Notes: generated by a model from the letters alone, not told the origin. Shown: positions 25,887 to 35,006, numbered from the stretch's first letter. The stretch: 64,000 bases of DNA from a virus (IMGVR_UViG_3300049460_000157:10741-74740), one strand, 5' to 3'. A program made the numbers and translations.

Positions 25887-26140
25887 TGAAAGGGCCACAA
25901 AACCTGCTCGAGATCGAGATGCTGATCCGGTCGGTCTACCTGGCTGATGGCGCCAAGGTCGGCGCATCGACTGAACATCTCGCGGCGGCAGATCGTCTGG
26001 TAACGGCCGGCTGCGCTCGCTGGGCAATGACCGGACATATCGCAGCCACTGAAGCTGGCCGGTTCTATGTAGCCCATCTGCTGACTGTCCCGTATCCGGT
26101 GACGAAGCAGGTTTACACCATTCCAGAGGTGCAGTCATGA
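25886..26140 (+). CDS. hypothetical protein
   Basis: 84 aa, TGATG coupling. Confidence 0.6.
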   Translation: MKGPQNLLEIEMLIRSVYLADGAKVGASTEHLAAADRLVTAGCARWAMTGHIAATEAGRFYVAHLLTVPYPVTKQVYTIPEVQS

Positions 26141-26520
26141 GCAGCACAGTGCGCCAGTACGGCTTCGTCGCCGTGCTCAAGAACGCCATCAACGAGGACG
26201 AACGTGAAGCCGGCAACGAGAACCAGTGGGAGAACAAGACTGGTATCCGTGTCAGCTACTCCGGTGAGCTGGTGTACGTCGACTTCAACTACGAACGGAG
26301 CCTCCGGGAGCGAGAGAACTTCTATGGTCTTTTCATTGGCTCGGCCAAGCCACTGCCGGGCGAGAGCATGGAAGACTTCAAGGCGCTGATGCACCGATGG
26401 ATGTACGACATCGAGGTCGACACGATCCGGCCGTACAGCTGCATCTATTACAACGGTGGTGACAGTCCGCTGGACATGCTCACCAAGGAAGAATTTCTGA
26501 GCCAGGAGAAAGAGACCTGA
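26137..26520 (+). CDS. hypothetical protein
   Basis: 127 aa, GAGG RBS, YYNGGDSP motif. Confidence 0.65.
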   Translation: MSSTVRQYGFVAVLKNAINEDEREAGNENQWENKTGIRVSYSGELVYVDFNYERSLRERENFYGLFIGSAKPLPGESMEDFKALMHRWMYDIEVDTIRPYSCIYYNGGDSPLDMLTKEEFLSQEKET

Positions 26521-26521
26521 C

Positions 26522-26920
26522 ATGGACACGTCCAGAAGGCTTTCCATTCTGGACAGGGTGATGGAGCGGGTCTTCTTCGAGGACCGCGGCTTCATGATCG
26601 ATGGCAAACCATCACCCTGTCACATCTGGCAGGGACCAACGAGCGGCGACGGCAAAGGAGGCGGTTACGGCAGGATGAGTCTGAACGGGCAGACGGTGGC
26701 GGTCCATCTGGTGGTCTACACCCACCACTTCGGCTACATCCCCAGCACGAAACAGATCGATCACCTGTGCAACGTCAGGCTGTGCTGCAACTTTGCTCAC
26801 CTCGATCTCGTGAGTCACCTGAAGAACCAGAAAAGAAGGGCAGAGCGGCAGCGCATCGCCGTTAGTAGTACGAAAGGCAATGTGGGCTATCCCACAGAGA
26901 GGTATGCGCTGGCTGCGTAA
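26522..26920 (+). CDS. HNH endonuclease (N4 gp22-like)
   Basis: CHIWQG...GYGRM...H...IDHLCNVRLCCN..HL..V....N. Confidence 0.88.
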   Translation: MDTSRRLSILDRVMERVFFEDRGFMIDGKPSPCHIWQGPTSGDGKGGGYGRMSLNGQTVAVHLVVYTHHFGYIPSTKQIDHLCNVRLCCNFAHLDLVSHLKNQKRRAERQRIAVSSTKGNVGYPTERYALAA

Positions 26921-26953
26921 ACTCTCCCTCAAGATGAATTTGAGGAAGAGACC

Positions 26954-27613
26954 ATGAACCCGCACCACTACGACATCGCTTACGAAAAGCTGGTTGATTA
27001 CCTGATGCACTTCTGTGTGTCACGCATCTACGGCGACGACAACGCAGCCCAGGAGCAGCCGCGCACCTTTGGCGGCCACGCCGGATTCGTTTCACTGGAA
27101 CTCAGTGGCGAGCCGGCGCTGCATGAGGGTGATCTCGTGCTGCTGTCGGGTCACCGGCAGCCGAAGTGGCGCATGGGATGGCTGAAGGCCGTGCGCAACC
27201 TGCCGATGGGCTGTGAGTACATGGTGCAGAGCGTGACGGACGATGCCGAAGTGGCGAGCTTCACGAACGTGAGCGTCTCGTACTTCCACCGGCCGACACT
27301 GAAGCTGCACCCGGAGTGGCGCTGGACCAATGAACAGCACGAGTTTGCTGAGCACTGGACCCAGCTCATCATGGCCGAACGCCAGACGCAACTCGTTGTG
27401 CCCATGCAGCCTGTTTTTCTCGGGGATTCAGCTGACTCAGTGACGCTGAAAGCCCGTGCGCGGTTTGGTCTCGATGACTACAAACCCTCCATAACACTTG
27501 CGGACTTCCGCTCCCTGGGCAGCCATGAGCTGCTCGGCGCTTACGACCAGCTGTGCCAGATGTTCGATACACGTCAGGCACTGCGCGGAGCGACGGAGGT
27601 CCAGAACGAATGA
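26954..27613 (+). CDS. hypothetical protein
   Basis: 219 aa, GAGG RBS. Confidence 0.65.
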   Translation: MNPHHYDIAYEKLVDYLMHFCVSRIYGDDNAAQEQPRTFGGHAGFVSLELSGEPALHEGDLVLLSGHRQPKWRMGWLKAVRNLPMGCEYMVQSVTDDAEVASFTNVSVSYFHRPTLKLHPEWRWTNEQHEFAEHWTQLIMAERQTQLVVPMQPVFLGDSADSVTLKARARFGLDDYKPSITLADFRSLGSHELLGAYDQLCQMFDTRQALRGATEVQNE

Positions 27614-27620
27614 AACCATA

Positions 27621-28664
27621 ATGTCCGACGCCAATAACCTGTACCGTTGCACACCCCGTCAACTCCGCGGTCACATCTCCGACTGCCTCTACGCTGGTCT
27701 TGTCCCGTTCGTGCAATCCTCGCCGGGCGTGGGCAAGTCCAGCATCATGAAGCTGGTAGCGAAAGACCTGAACCTCTCGGTCATCGATCACCGGCTCTCG
27801 ACCTCTTCTCCTGTGGATCTGTCGGGCCTGCCCCGCTTCGAAGAAGATGGGCTTGCCCGCTTTTCCCCGTTCGCTGACCTGTTCCCACTGCAGCAGACCC
27901 CGGTGCCGGAAGGCAAAGAGGGCTGGATGCTGTTTCTCGACGAGTTCAACTCGTCCTCCAAGAGCGTGCAGGCCGCGGCCTACAAGCTGGTCCTGGACCG
28001 CATGGTGGGACAGCACGAGCTGCACCCGAACTGTGTCGTCTCGGCGGCCGGCAACCTGGCCACCGACCGGGCGATCGTCAACAACCTGTCGACGGCCATG
28101 CAGTCCCGCGTGGTGCACCTCGAGCTCGAGGTGAACTTCGAGGAGTGGCTGTATGACGTGGCGCTCAAGGAGAGCTACGACAGCCGCATCATTGCGTACC
28201 TGTCGCAGTATCCGAGCAAGCTGATGGACTTCCGCCCGGACCACAACGAGAAGACGTTCTGCTGCCCGCGTACGTGGGAGTTCATGAACCGTCTGATCAA
28301 GGGCAACGAGGTCACCGAGGCGAAGGCTTCACTCTACGCCGGCACGCTCACCTCGGGCGTGGCGGTGGACTTCATCACGTTCACCAAGGTCTTCCACAAC
28401 ATGGTGAAGATCGATCAGGTGATCCGTGATCCGCACGGCATGCCGGTACCGAACGACAACAACGCGAAGTGGGCGACGATCTCACACCTGATGGAAGGGG
28501 TGAACGATCTGAACTTCGATCCGCTGTGCACCTACGCCAGCCGCTTCGACCTGTCGTTCAAGATCCTGTTCTTCCGCTCAGTGATGGTCCGTCAGCCGAC
28601 GCTGCGCCAGCACCCGGCATTCGCACAGGCCATGTCGCAACTGAGTCGCTATCTGAACGGATAA
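27621..28664 (+). CDS. MoxR-like AAA ATPase (N4 gp24-like)
   Basis: SSPGVGKS, DLSGLP, LFLDEFN, AAGN, CPRTWEF motifs. Confidence 0.9.
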   Translation: MSDANNLYRCTPRQLRGHISDCLYAGLVPFVQSSPGVGKSSIMKLVAKDLNLSVIDHRLSTSSPVDLSGLPRFEEDGLARFSPFADLFPLQQTPVPEGKEGWMLFLDEFNSSSKSVQAAAYKLVLDRMVGQHELHPNCVVSAAGNLATDRAIVNNLSTAMQSRVVHLELEVNFEEWLYDVALKESYDSRIIAYLSQYPSKLMDFRPDHNEKTFCCPRTWEFMNRLIKGNEVTEAKASLYAGTLTSGVAVDFITFTKVFHNMVKIDQVIRDPHGMPVPNDNNAKWATISHLMEGVNDLNFDPLCTYASRFDLSFKILFFRSVMVRQPTLRQHPAFAQAMSQLSRYLNG

Positions 28665-28759
28665 GCCATGCACGCAATCACTTACTGCACCATGTTCTGG
28701 AGCCTCTGGTTCCGGGCATGGGGCATCCAGATTCCCAAGTCTTCGAGCCAGGAAGAGAA

Positions 28760-28984
28760 ATGACCACCGTTTTCATCAACACCAAGGGTCCGATCGACCA
28801 CACGTACATCAGCCACTTCAAGGGGCAGGGTGCTGTGGTCTACGCCCGTTCGCTGTACGAAGCCAAGCAGCGTGCCGTCGAGTATTTCAAGCCCAAGAAG
28901 AAGGACATGGGCGTGCTGGCTGTCAACCTGCACGAGCTGGGCGAGGGCCGCACGGTCGTCTACGAAGAAGCCGAGGCGGCGTAA
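28760..28984 (+). CDS. hypothetical protein
   Basis: Start MTTVFINTK with AGGA RBS; VYARSLYEAKQRA...KPKK motif. Confidence 0.6.
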   Translation: MTTVFINTKGPIDHTYISHFKGQGAVVYARSLYEAKQRAVEYFKPKKKDMGVLAVNLHELGEGRTVVYEEAEAA

Positions 28985-29199
28985 TGCTGACCAGCATCCA
29001 GCAGATGAAGTGCGGCGGGTGCGGTGGGGAGCTGTTCAAGATCTACACCAGCGACAAGGAAGCAAACATCGGGGTCGAATGCCAGACTCCGAGCTGCCGC
29101 AGTATCTCGTGGATCTATCCCCGCCCGGCAAAGCTGGACATTGAGTGGGGCAACCGTCTCGACGGGGAAGAAAGCGATGGTCGTCTGACCGTCATGTAG
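28984..29199 (+). CDS. zinc-ribbon protein
   Basis: CGGCG...CQTPSC; TAATG coupling. Confidence 0.6.
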   Translation: MLTSIQQMKCGGCGGELFKIYTSDKEANIGVECQTPSCRSISWIYPRPAKLDIEWGNRLDGEESDGRLTVM

Positions 29200-29204
29200 G
29201 TAAA

Positions 29205-29400
29205 GCAGCAAGCTGTGCCATGCCCGAATCCCTGGAAGGTCAAGACATGGTGCAGGTCGTCCGGTGGTGTCTGGTGGCCCGTAAGGGTAGCGGCCCGTTA
29301 GGCTCTTTCGGTGATCCCGAAAACCTGTAGGTGATCCGTGCACGAGTGAACTCTTACTCAGTGAGCGATAACCCGGCAATGGGGTGGAAAGCCCCTCCCA
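29205..29400 (+). ncRNA. putative structured intergenic RNA
   Basis: At least six adjacent hairpins incl. CTGTGCCATG/CATGGTGCAG, GCCC-GTAA-GGGT, TTTCGG/CCGAAA, GGGGT-GGAAA-GCCCC. Confidence 0.45.
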
Positions 29401-29423
29401 ACAATTCTGATCCAAGGAAAGAA

Positions 29424-29570
29424 ATGAATGCCGGCGAGACCATCAAGTATCTCGAGACATTGGGCCTGTCAGCTGCACTCTGGTGGTTCATCGAAAACAT
29501 GGACGATGCAGGACCAGACCGCACTCAGGTATTTTTCTATCTACGTGAACGTGTCCGAAGGAGTAGGTAA
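29424..29570 (+). CDS. small hypothetical protein
   Basis: 48 aa with ALWWFIEN...FF.LRERVR motif, AAGGA RBS. Confidence 0.6.
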   Translation: MNAGETIKYLETLGLSAALWWFIENMDDAGPDRTQVFFYLRERVRRSR

Positions 29571-30712
29571 TGTTCGAACCCGCTGATGAGAGCACGCTCG
29601 ACATCGCCCATCTGAACCGGGAACTGGACCGCTGCAAGTCGGCGGTGTTCCTGGGCAAGACAGCTGCCTTCCTTGGCTCTGTCATGTGCAGTCTGAACTT
29701 CACCTGGACCAACAGCATCCCGACCGCGGCGACCAACGGCGTCGTCTTCTGGTGGAATCCGCAGTGGTTCCTCTCCCTGGTTCCCGAAGCTCGCAAGATG
29801 GTCGTGATGCACGAGCTCTGGCATGTGGCACGCCTGCACATGCTGCGGCTGGGCGATCGCTGTCCGGACGTGTGGAACAAGGCCTGCGACTACGTGATCA
29901 ACGGTGAGCTCCAACGGGAGGGCTACTCCTTCGAGGGCACCCACGGGCTGCTCGATCCCCAGTATGACGGCATGGCCGAGGAGGACGTGTACGACGCCCT
30001 GAATACGAATGGCGGTGGTGGCTTCACCGGCGCCTTCGGTCCCGGTACCGGGCAGGACATCATCCCGATGACGGCCGAAGAGAAGCACACGGTCATCAAC
30101 ACGGTGGTCACCGCCGTGCACCAGGCGAAGATGGCCGGCGCCGGCAACCTGCCGGGCGGTATCGAGGACATCATCGACCAGTTCCTGGCACCAGTGATCC
30201 CGTGGCAGACGGTGCTGCACCGCTTCTTCACGCAGCTCACGGAAGAGGACTATACGTGGCAGCGGCCCGACCGCCGCTTCGCGGACATGTACCTGCCGAG
30301 CGAGACCGTGGACGAGGGCGGTCTGGAGAACCTGCGCTACTACCTGGACGTGTCCGGCTCGATCTCGAAAGCGGACATGGTGCGTTTCAACTCCGAACTC
30401 AAGTTTGTGAAAGAAACGTTCAACCCGGAAAAACTGGCCATGATCCAGTTCGACACCCGGATTCAGCGAATCGACGTGTGGGAAGCGGAAGATCCGTTCG
30501 ACAAGATCGAGATCAAGGGCAGGGGAGGCACCAGTCTCGAGTGTGTACGTAGAGATATCTTGGAAGAGAAGCCAACCGCTGCTATCATCTTTTCCGACCT
30601 GCTCTGCAGACCCATGGAACCGCTGGACTTTCCTGTCCCGATCGTCTGGGTCGTGGTCAACAACGGCAAGGCCACTGTGCCTTTTGGCGAGAAAGTTCAC
30701 ATAACGGGGTAG
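29570..30712 (+). CDS. metallopeptidase-vWA domain protein (N4 gp25-like)
   Basis: HELWH (HExxH), WNKACDYVIN, DVSGSIS MIDAS motif, GRGGT; partner of the MoxR ATPase. Confidence 0.9.
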   Translation: MFEPADESTLDIAHLNRELDRCKSAVFLGKTAAFLGSVMCSLNFTWTNSIPTAATNGVVFWWNPQWFLSLVPEARKMVVMHELWHVARLHMLRLGDRCPDVWNKACDYVINGELQREGYSFEGTHGLLDPQYDGMAEEDVYDALNTNGGGGFTGAFGPGTGQDIIPMTAEEKHTVINTVVTAVHQAKMAGAGNLPGGIEDIIDQFLAPVIPWQTVLHRFFTQLTEEDYTWQRPDRRFADMYLPSETVDEGGLENLRYYLDVSGSISKADMVRFNSELKFVKETFNPEKLAMIQFDTRIQRIDVWEAEDPFDKIEIKGRGGTSLECVRRDILEEKPTAAIIFSDLLCRPMEPLDFPVPIVWVVVNNGKATVPFGEKVHITG

Positions 30713-30717
30713 CACTG

Positions 30718-31242
30718 ATGGTGATCAATGGCAACGGGCTGCTCGCAGCAGCTCCGATTGTTGGCATGTTCCCTGGCAAGTTCAAGGCGCACGGCGTGAG
30801 CCACGGCCTGAGCGAAGCCGGGTATGACATCCGTATCAAGCAGGAGATCCAGTTCTGTTCACTGGATCATGTCCGTCACCATGTCATCTCGGTCGAACGC
30901 AACGAGATTGGTCAGGTACAGCGCTACCACAAGAAGCCGGGACGCTTCATCCTGGCCAGTGCTCTGGAAGAGTTCGACGTGCCGTCCGACATGATCGGGA
31001 TCGTGCACGACAAGTCGACCTGGGCACGGCAAGGCCTGTCGGTATTCAACACCGTCATCGAGAGCGGGTGGAAGGGTTACCTGACACTCGAGCTCGTCTA
31101 CCACGGCAACGACAACCTGGTCATTCCGGCCGGCGCCGGCATTGCGCAGGTGATCTTTCACAGGATCAGCGAGCATGCCACCTATGTCGGCAAGTACCAG
31201 GACCAGGCCAATGAGCCAGTCGCCGCAATCGCATCTGTGTGA
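30718..31242 (+). CDS. dcd: dCTP deaminase
   Basis: GYDIRI, DKSTWARQGL, VIESGWKGYLTLEL, GIAQVIF, YVGKYQDQ. Confidence 0.9.
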   Translation: MVINGNGLLAAAPIVGMFPGKFKAHGVSHGLSEAGYDIRIKQEIQFCSLDHVRHHVISVERNEIGQVQRYHKKPGRFILASALEEFDVPSDMIGIVHDKSTWARQGLSVFNTVIESGWKGYLTLELVYHGNDNLVIPAGAGIAQVIFHRISEHATYVGKYQDQANEPVAAIASV

Positions 31243-31450
31243 GTGCTGCGCCAAGCCCAATGGCTGGATGTTCATGGAAAGTCGATACGCACACGCCTGT
31301 GGTGAGTGCGTAGACGACGGTCTGGCCGAAGAGTGCGAGTTCACGGGCGAGTACCGCCGCGTCGAGCGTTGCGTGGGATGTACGAAGCACGGCCCGGTCA
31401 ATCACACGGGCGGCTATTACTGCGGCGGCGGTCCTCGCTGCTGCCCTTAA
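31211..31450 (+). CDS. Cys-rich small protein
   Basis: 79 aa with multiple CxxC pairs. Confidence 0.55.
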   Translation: MSQSPQSHLCECCAKPNGWMFMESRYAHACGECVDDGLAEECEFTGEYRRVERCVGCTKHGPVNHTGGYYCGGGPRCCP

Positions 31451-31488
31451 TTCGTGGTTTGTTTGGTTCCGCACATACAGTAAAACTG

Positions 31489-31517
31489 TTGACAGGTAAG
31501 GGATGTGCGGTAATAAT
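31489..31517 (+). promoter_or_regulatory. sigma70-type promoter
   Basis: Perfect TTGACA at 31489, then TAATAAT at 31511-31517 (17-nt spacer to AATAAT). Confidence 0.75.
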
Positions 31518-31523
31518 CTAGAC

Positions 31524-31742
31524 ATAACTTGTAGGTCAAAAGTTGATGGATAGCTGGCAGCGCTTTAGCTGACGCCGCTGGAGACAAGGCTGGGCCTCAA
31601 CGCCGAAGGCAGAGGTGAATGCGCTGCGGCGCACATCAGTCCACTGTTAACGCGGAACAAATCGGATTCGACCGAGTTGTTAGAGCGCTGCCAGATATCC
31701 ATATCCCCTGAAGGGCGAAGATCGAAAGGTCTTCGCCCTTTT
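31524..31742 (+). ncRNA. structured ncRNA with retron msr-msd-like architecture (no RT gene nearby)
   Basis: 22-bp terminal inverted repeat 31546-31567 / 31681-31702 whose 5' arm runs into TTAGC, internal stem-loops, own promoter and terminator. Confidence 0.6.
31711..31742 (+). terminator. Rho-independent terminator
   Basis: AAGGGCGAAGATC-GAAA-GGTCTTCGCCCTT-TT. Confidence 0.85.
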
Positions 31743-31771
31743 CCATTAGTAAACGGAGAGAGATTTAAGAC

Positions 31772-32443
31772 ATGGCACCAACAATGAGTAGTGCTGAGCG
31801 CGATGTGCTTAATGAGCGTCGGCGGCAGATCAAAGAAGAAGGCTTCACCCATCGTGGTGATGACCAGTACGACCCCGGCACGCTGGCGTCAGCTGCCACC
31901 TGCTATGGCATGTATGCCGCCGATATGCTGCACCCCCTGAGCCAGGGGGATGGATATGCAGCACTCGAAGGTGCGCCTCCGCTGAACTGGCCATGGCGTG
32001 CTGAGTGGTGGAAGCCGAAGACTTCACGCGATGCGATGGTCAAGGCCGCTGCCCTGCTGATAGCTGAGATCGAGAAGTTCGACCGCAGCAACCCCGGCAC
32101 CGCCAGGAACGACGACGGTGTAGCAACCTACGTTGAAGTGTCCAAGTCGACGAACGGAAAGGACGTGATCCCGGAGATGACCGATCCGCTCGGTGCGTAC
32201 TGGGAGCAACCCGACCGTCAGATGATCTTCATCCGTGACGGCAAGGCGCTGCTCGATCCGCAGGACTTCAAGAAGCTGTCGAGCTACGACACATCGCTTC
32301 CGTCCGGTGTGTACCCCGGAAAGATGTGGAAGCGCACGAACGCCGGCGTCTCGTACCTCTGCTGGTTCGGTGAGGACAAGGGCGGCCACTGCTCGATCAA
32401 CCACCTGCCGATCGAAGTTGCACAGCAATCAATGGCAGCCTGA
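31772..32443 (+). CDS. two-domain conserved phage protein
   Basis: N-domain ERRRQI.EEG...DD.Y...LA.AA.CY...WPW...WWKP...VKAAALLIAEIE; C-domain IP.MTDPLG.YW.QP...PSGVYPGKMWKR. Confidence 0.7.
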   Translation: MAPTMSSAERDVLNERRRQIKEEGFTHRGDDQYDPGTLASAATCYGMYAADMLHPLSQGDGYAALEGAPPLNWPWRAEWWKPKTSRDAMVKAAALLIAEIEKFDRSNPGTARNDDGVATYVEVSKSTNGKDVIPEMTDPLGAYWEQPDRQMIFIRDGKALLDPQDFKKLSSYDTSLPSGVYPGKMWKRTNAGVSYLCWFGEDKGGHCSINHLPIEVAQQSMAA

Positions 32444-32458
32444 ACCAAGGAGAACACG

Positions 32459-32707
32459 ATGCGCAAGGTCAGTCTTCATCTGGAAAAGGAGTTCGTCGAA
32501 AAGCTGCAGCACGAGCTGGGCCGGGAGTTCCTGAACGCCATCGCCTACCTGTCGCTGTGGTCCATGACCTACGACGATGTGGAGATCTACCGCGACGGCA
32601 AGGGCAACGACCTGATCGCCTACTACCGTCGCACGGAAGGCGGAGCCCAGTACACCATCGGCGCCATCTGGCGCGAGGGTGAGGGCAAGTACAGCTTCCA
32701 CTCATAG
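32459..32707 (+). CDS. hypothetical protein
   Basis: 82 aa, AAGGAG RBS. Confidence 0.65.
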   Translation: MRKVSLHLEKEFVEKLQHELGREFLNAIAYLSLWSMTYDDVEIYRDGKGNDLIAYYRRTEGGAQYTIGAIWREGEGKYSFHS

Positions 32708-32732
32708 GAGCCAGGCATGAAAGGACCGTGCG

Positions 32733-33065
32733 ATGTGTGATGAGTCGAAGCGGGGTAGTGGTCGCACTCACCGGATGCTGCTAGATGCCATCGCAGTGAA
32801 GTTGCATAGCCCGCACCAGGAGGTCTGGATCGTGGGCGAAAGCCAGAATCACTGCCGTGAAATGCACATGCACCTGGCACTGATGACACAAATGCATGAG
32901 CGGGAACACATTACGTTTACTACGCTGGATTCCCATTTGATGCGTGACTTCGACCTGAAGACCATGCAGCCCCGGCTTGGCAACATTCGGGTGCTTTTCG
33001 ACCATTACACCATCAGGCGGCATTTAAATGTGCTGCTGACCGAGCTAACGAGATACGACCCATGA
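32733..33065 (+). CDS. hypothetical protein (degenerate P-loop-like RGSGRT)
   Basis: 110 aa; RGSGRTHRML...FDHY. Confidence 0.55.
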   Translation: MCDESKRGSGRTHRMLLDAIAVKLHSPHQEVWIVGESQNHCREMHMHLALMTQMHEREHITFTTLDSHLMRDFDLKTMQPRLGNIRVLFDHYTIRRHLNVLLTELTRYDP

Positions 33066-33307
33066 AACAGATGATTGCGCCCAACGGCCGGTACATCGTC
33101 GGCACCAAGGAACTGGTACCTGCCTGTGCCAACACCAACGGCTTCAGCGATCTGGGTGATCCCATCTACGCCGGTGGCAGCGAAATGTACTGGGACGATT
33201 CGAAGACCCAGTATCACGAAGGCCGTGATGGCAACGGCAACATGATCGTCATCGACGAGTGCGGAGATGAGCACGTTGCCTCTGACTGCAAGCTGGTGGA
33301 CGAATGA
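33062..33307 (+). CDS. hypothetical protein
   Basis: 81 aa, ATGA overlaps. Confidence 0.6.
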   Translation: MKQMIAPNGRYIVGTKELVPACANTNGFSDLGDPIYAGGSEMYWDDSKTQYHEGRDGNGNMIVIDECGDEHVASDCKLVDE

Positions 33308-33780
33308 AGCTCAGCGAATTCGTCTCCATCTACAAGCCCGAGATCATGCTGGAGAACTACCAGCGCAGGACACTCGAAATGCTCGACCAGCTCGACTTTG
33401 CGGAAATCGAGAAACGCATGCTCGCTTCGCAGATCCGCGAACCTGGCAAGTCCTTTCTCGAACAGCTTGTGTTGGGCGTGGACTTCGCCACGCCTGGCTA
33501 CGGTGACCTAACCTCGGTGTGCATCGGCCGCAAGATCTGGATGGAAAAAGGTGAGGTCCAGATGATGATCATCGACGACATCTACACCGAGCCGGCCGCG
33601 TTGCAGACACCGTTCCGTAATCCCGGTCTGATCGACGAGCTGCTAGCCATGGAAGCTCGTCTTCCTCCTCTGGCTCAGGATGAACCGGAGCCAAGGGCAA
33701 AGAACGGCGCCCTGGCCAGCAAGAAAACCGAGCAGGCGAAAGCCAAGCTCGCCTTCTACCAGGGAAAACGGAGATTCTGA
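33304..33780 (+). CDS. hypothetical protein
   Basis: 158 aa, ATGA overlap. Confidence 0.6.
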   Translation: MKLSEFVSIYKPEIMLENYQRRTLEMLDQLDFAEIEKRMLASQIREPGKSFLEQLVLGVDFATPGYGDLTSVCIGRKIWMEKGEVQMMIIDDIYTEPAALQTPFRNPGLIDELLAMEARLPPLAQDEPEPRAKNGALASKKTEQAKAKLAFYQGKRRF

Positions 33781-34037
33781 TGGACATACGTGAATTCATG
33801 GAGTGGTTCGAGCAGAACTACCCCAAAGAGACTGTGATCATGGATCCGGTCTGGCATGGCCTGAAGATCTGGAAAGCCGCGCAACCTGCCCAGGCCATCG
33901 TCGTCGGCTGGGCCAACCGTCATGATCTGGCCGATGTGATCTCGGACAAGCAGAAGCAACTGATGATCACTGTGTCCGGCCTGGAAAACCGACTCCTCGC
34001 GGAGAAATATTCGATCCCATTGATCCAGAGAAACTGA
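33780..34037 (+). CDS. hypothetical protein
   Basis: 85 aa, TGATG coupling. Confidence 0.6.
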   Translation: MDIREFMEWFEQNYPKETVIMDPVWHGLKIWKAAQPAQAIVVGWANRHDLADVISDKQKQLMITVSGLENRLLAEKYSIPLIQRN

Positions 34038-34246
34038 TGAACAGCAAATCGATCAAGTACCGGGACACGACAGCGGCCCCGGGTTCGCAGCTCTACCAGG
34101 CGCTCGAAGACGGCGATCAGGCCAAGGCCAAGGCTATCTACGAGCAGTGTGAGCAGGATCTGGCCAGGCTCGAAGGCCGCTGCGAGACCTGCAACAAACC
34201 CTGGGAGCAACACGACTTCGGCGTGCCTGCCCCGACCTGCCCGTAG
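34037..34246 (+). CDS. hypothetical protein
   Basis: 69 aa, APGSQLYQAL and C..C...H...C motifs. Confidence 0.6.
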   Translation: MNSKSIKYRDTTAAPGSQLYQALEDGDQAKAKAIYEQCEQDLARLEGRCETCNKPWEQHDFGVPAPTCP

Positions 34247-34255
34247 GAGATTCTG

Positions 34256-34795
34256 ATGACCGCACAAATAACTGAAGAAGAAGTGATCCAGACCTGCGAG
34301 GTTCACGGGTTTCCTTTGGACCCCGACCAATTGGAAGTCGTCACTGCCGTGGTCAATCAGATCCTGCTCTCTGCAAGCAAGCCTGCCGCGAAAAGTTGCC
34401 AGACGGGATGGGACGACATTTGCCACATGGCGAAGCATGACGGCGTGGTTTGCCCTGACGAATCCTGTGACATCGACGATGGTATCCGTGCCGCGCCATC
34501 ACCTGCGCAGGGCGACGATTGGATAGTCAACTCATTCCACGGCTATTTGCAATATCGGGAAGGCATCAAGCCGCTGCCTGACGGCGTCAAGCTCTACGCA
34601 CGCGCCGCACTGCAAGCCGCCCCAGCGGTAGATGCGCCGGCGCTGACAGAACTGAAAAACATTGCCGAGGCGAAACGATTCAACCGGGATCACTTCGATG
34701 ATGACACTGCGTTCGCAGACTGGGTGCAAAGCCGTGCACGGCACATCCTCGCCGCACAGCCAGCAAATGGAGACTCTGATGGACGACAAACTTGA
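34256..34795 (+). CDS. hypothetical mosaic protein
   Basis: 179 aa, AGGAGA RBS, Ala/Pro linkers between short modules. Confidence 0.6.
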   Translation: MTAQITEEEVIQTCEVHGFPLDPDQLEVVTAVVNQILLSASKPAAKSCQTGWDDICHMAKHDGVVCPDESCDIDDGIRAAPSPAQGDDWIVNSFHGYLQYREGIKPLPDGVKLYARAALQAAPAVDAPALTELKNIAEAKRFNRDHFDDDTAFADWVQSRARHILAAQPANGDSDGRQT

Positions 34796-35003
34796 ACTGC
34801 TGCGAGCCGCTGTTGCGGCTCGTATTGCCTACTGGGATGCGCTCGGCGCACTCGAAAAGGAACTGTGCCCGGAAGGGGACATCAGCGATCGGGCCAGCGA
34901 CAAGCTGCACGACTTCATCTCGGATCTGGCTGCTGGGGGTGTGCCCGACCAGCTGGACCAGGAGCACCTGGATCGTGTCATCGAAATAGCCGGTTGGGAG
35001 TAA
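34779..35003 (+). CDS. hypothetical protein
   Basis: Start MDDKLELL with GGAGA RBS. Confidence 0.6.
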   Translation: MDDKLELLRAAVAARIAYWDALGALEKELCPEGDISDRASDKLHDFISDLAAGGVPDQLDQEHLDRVIEIAGWE

Positions 35004-35006
35004 GCA

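Noticed and set aside
12284-31520. LexA/SOS box controlling induction
   Set aside because: No CTGT-N8-ACAG match found by eye in the intergenic regions examined
31565-31852. 95-aa minus-strand ORF over the retron-like RNA
   Set aside because: Antisense to the local transcription direction, overlaps the next gene, atypical composition; the promoter and terminator are on the plus strand
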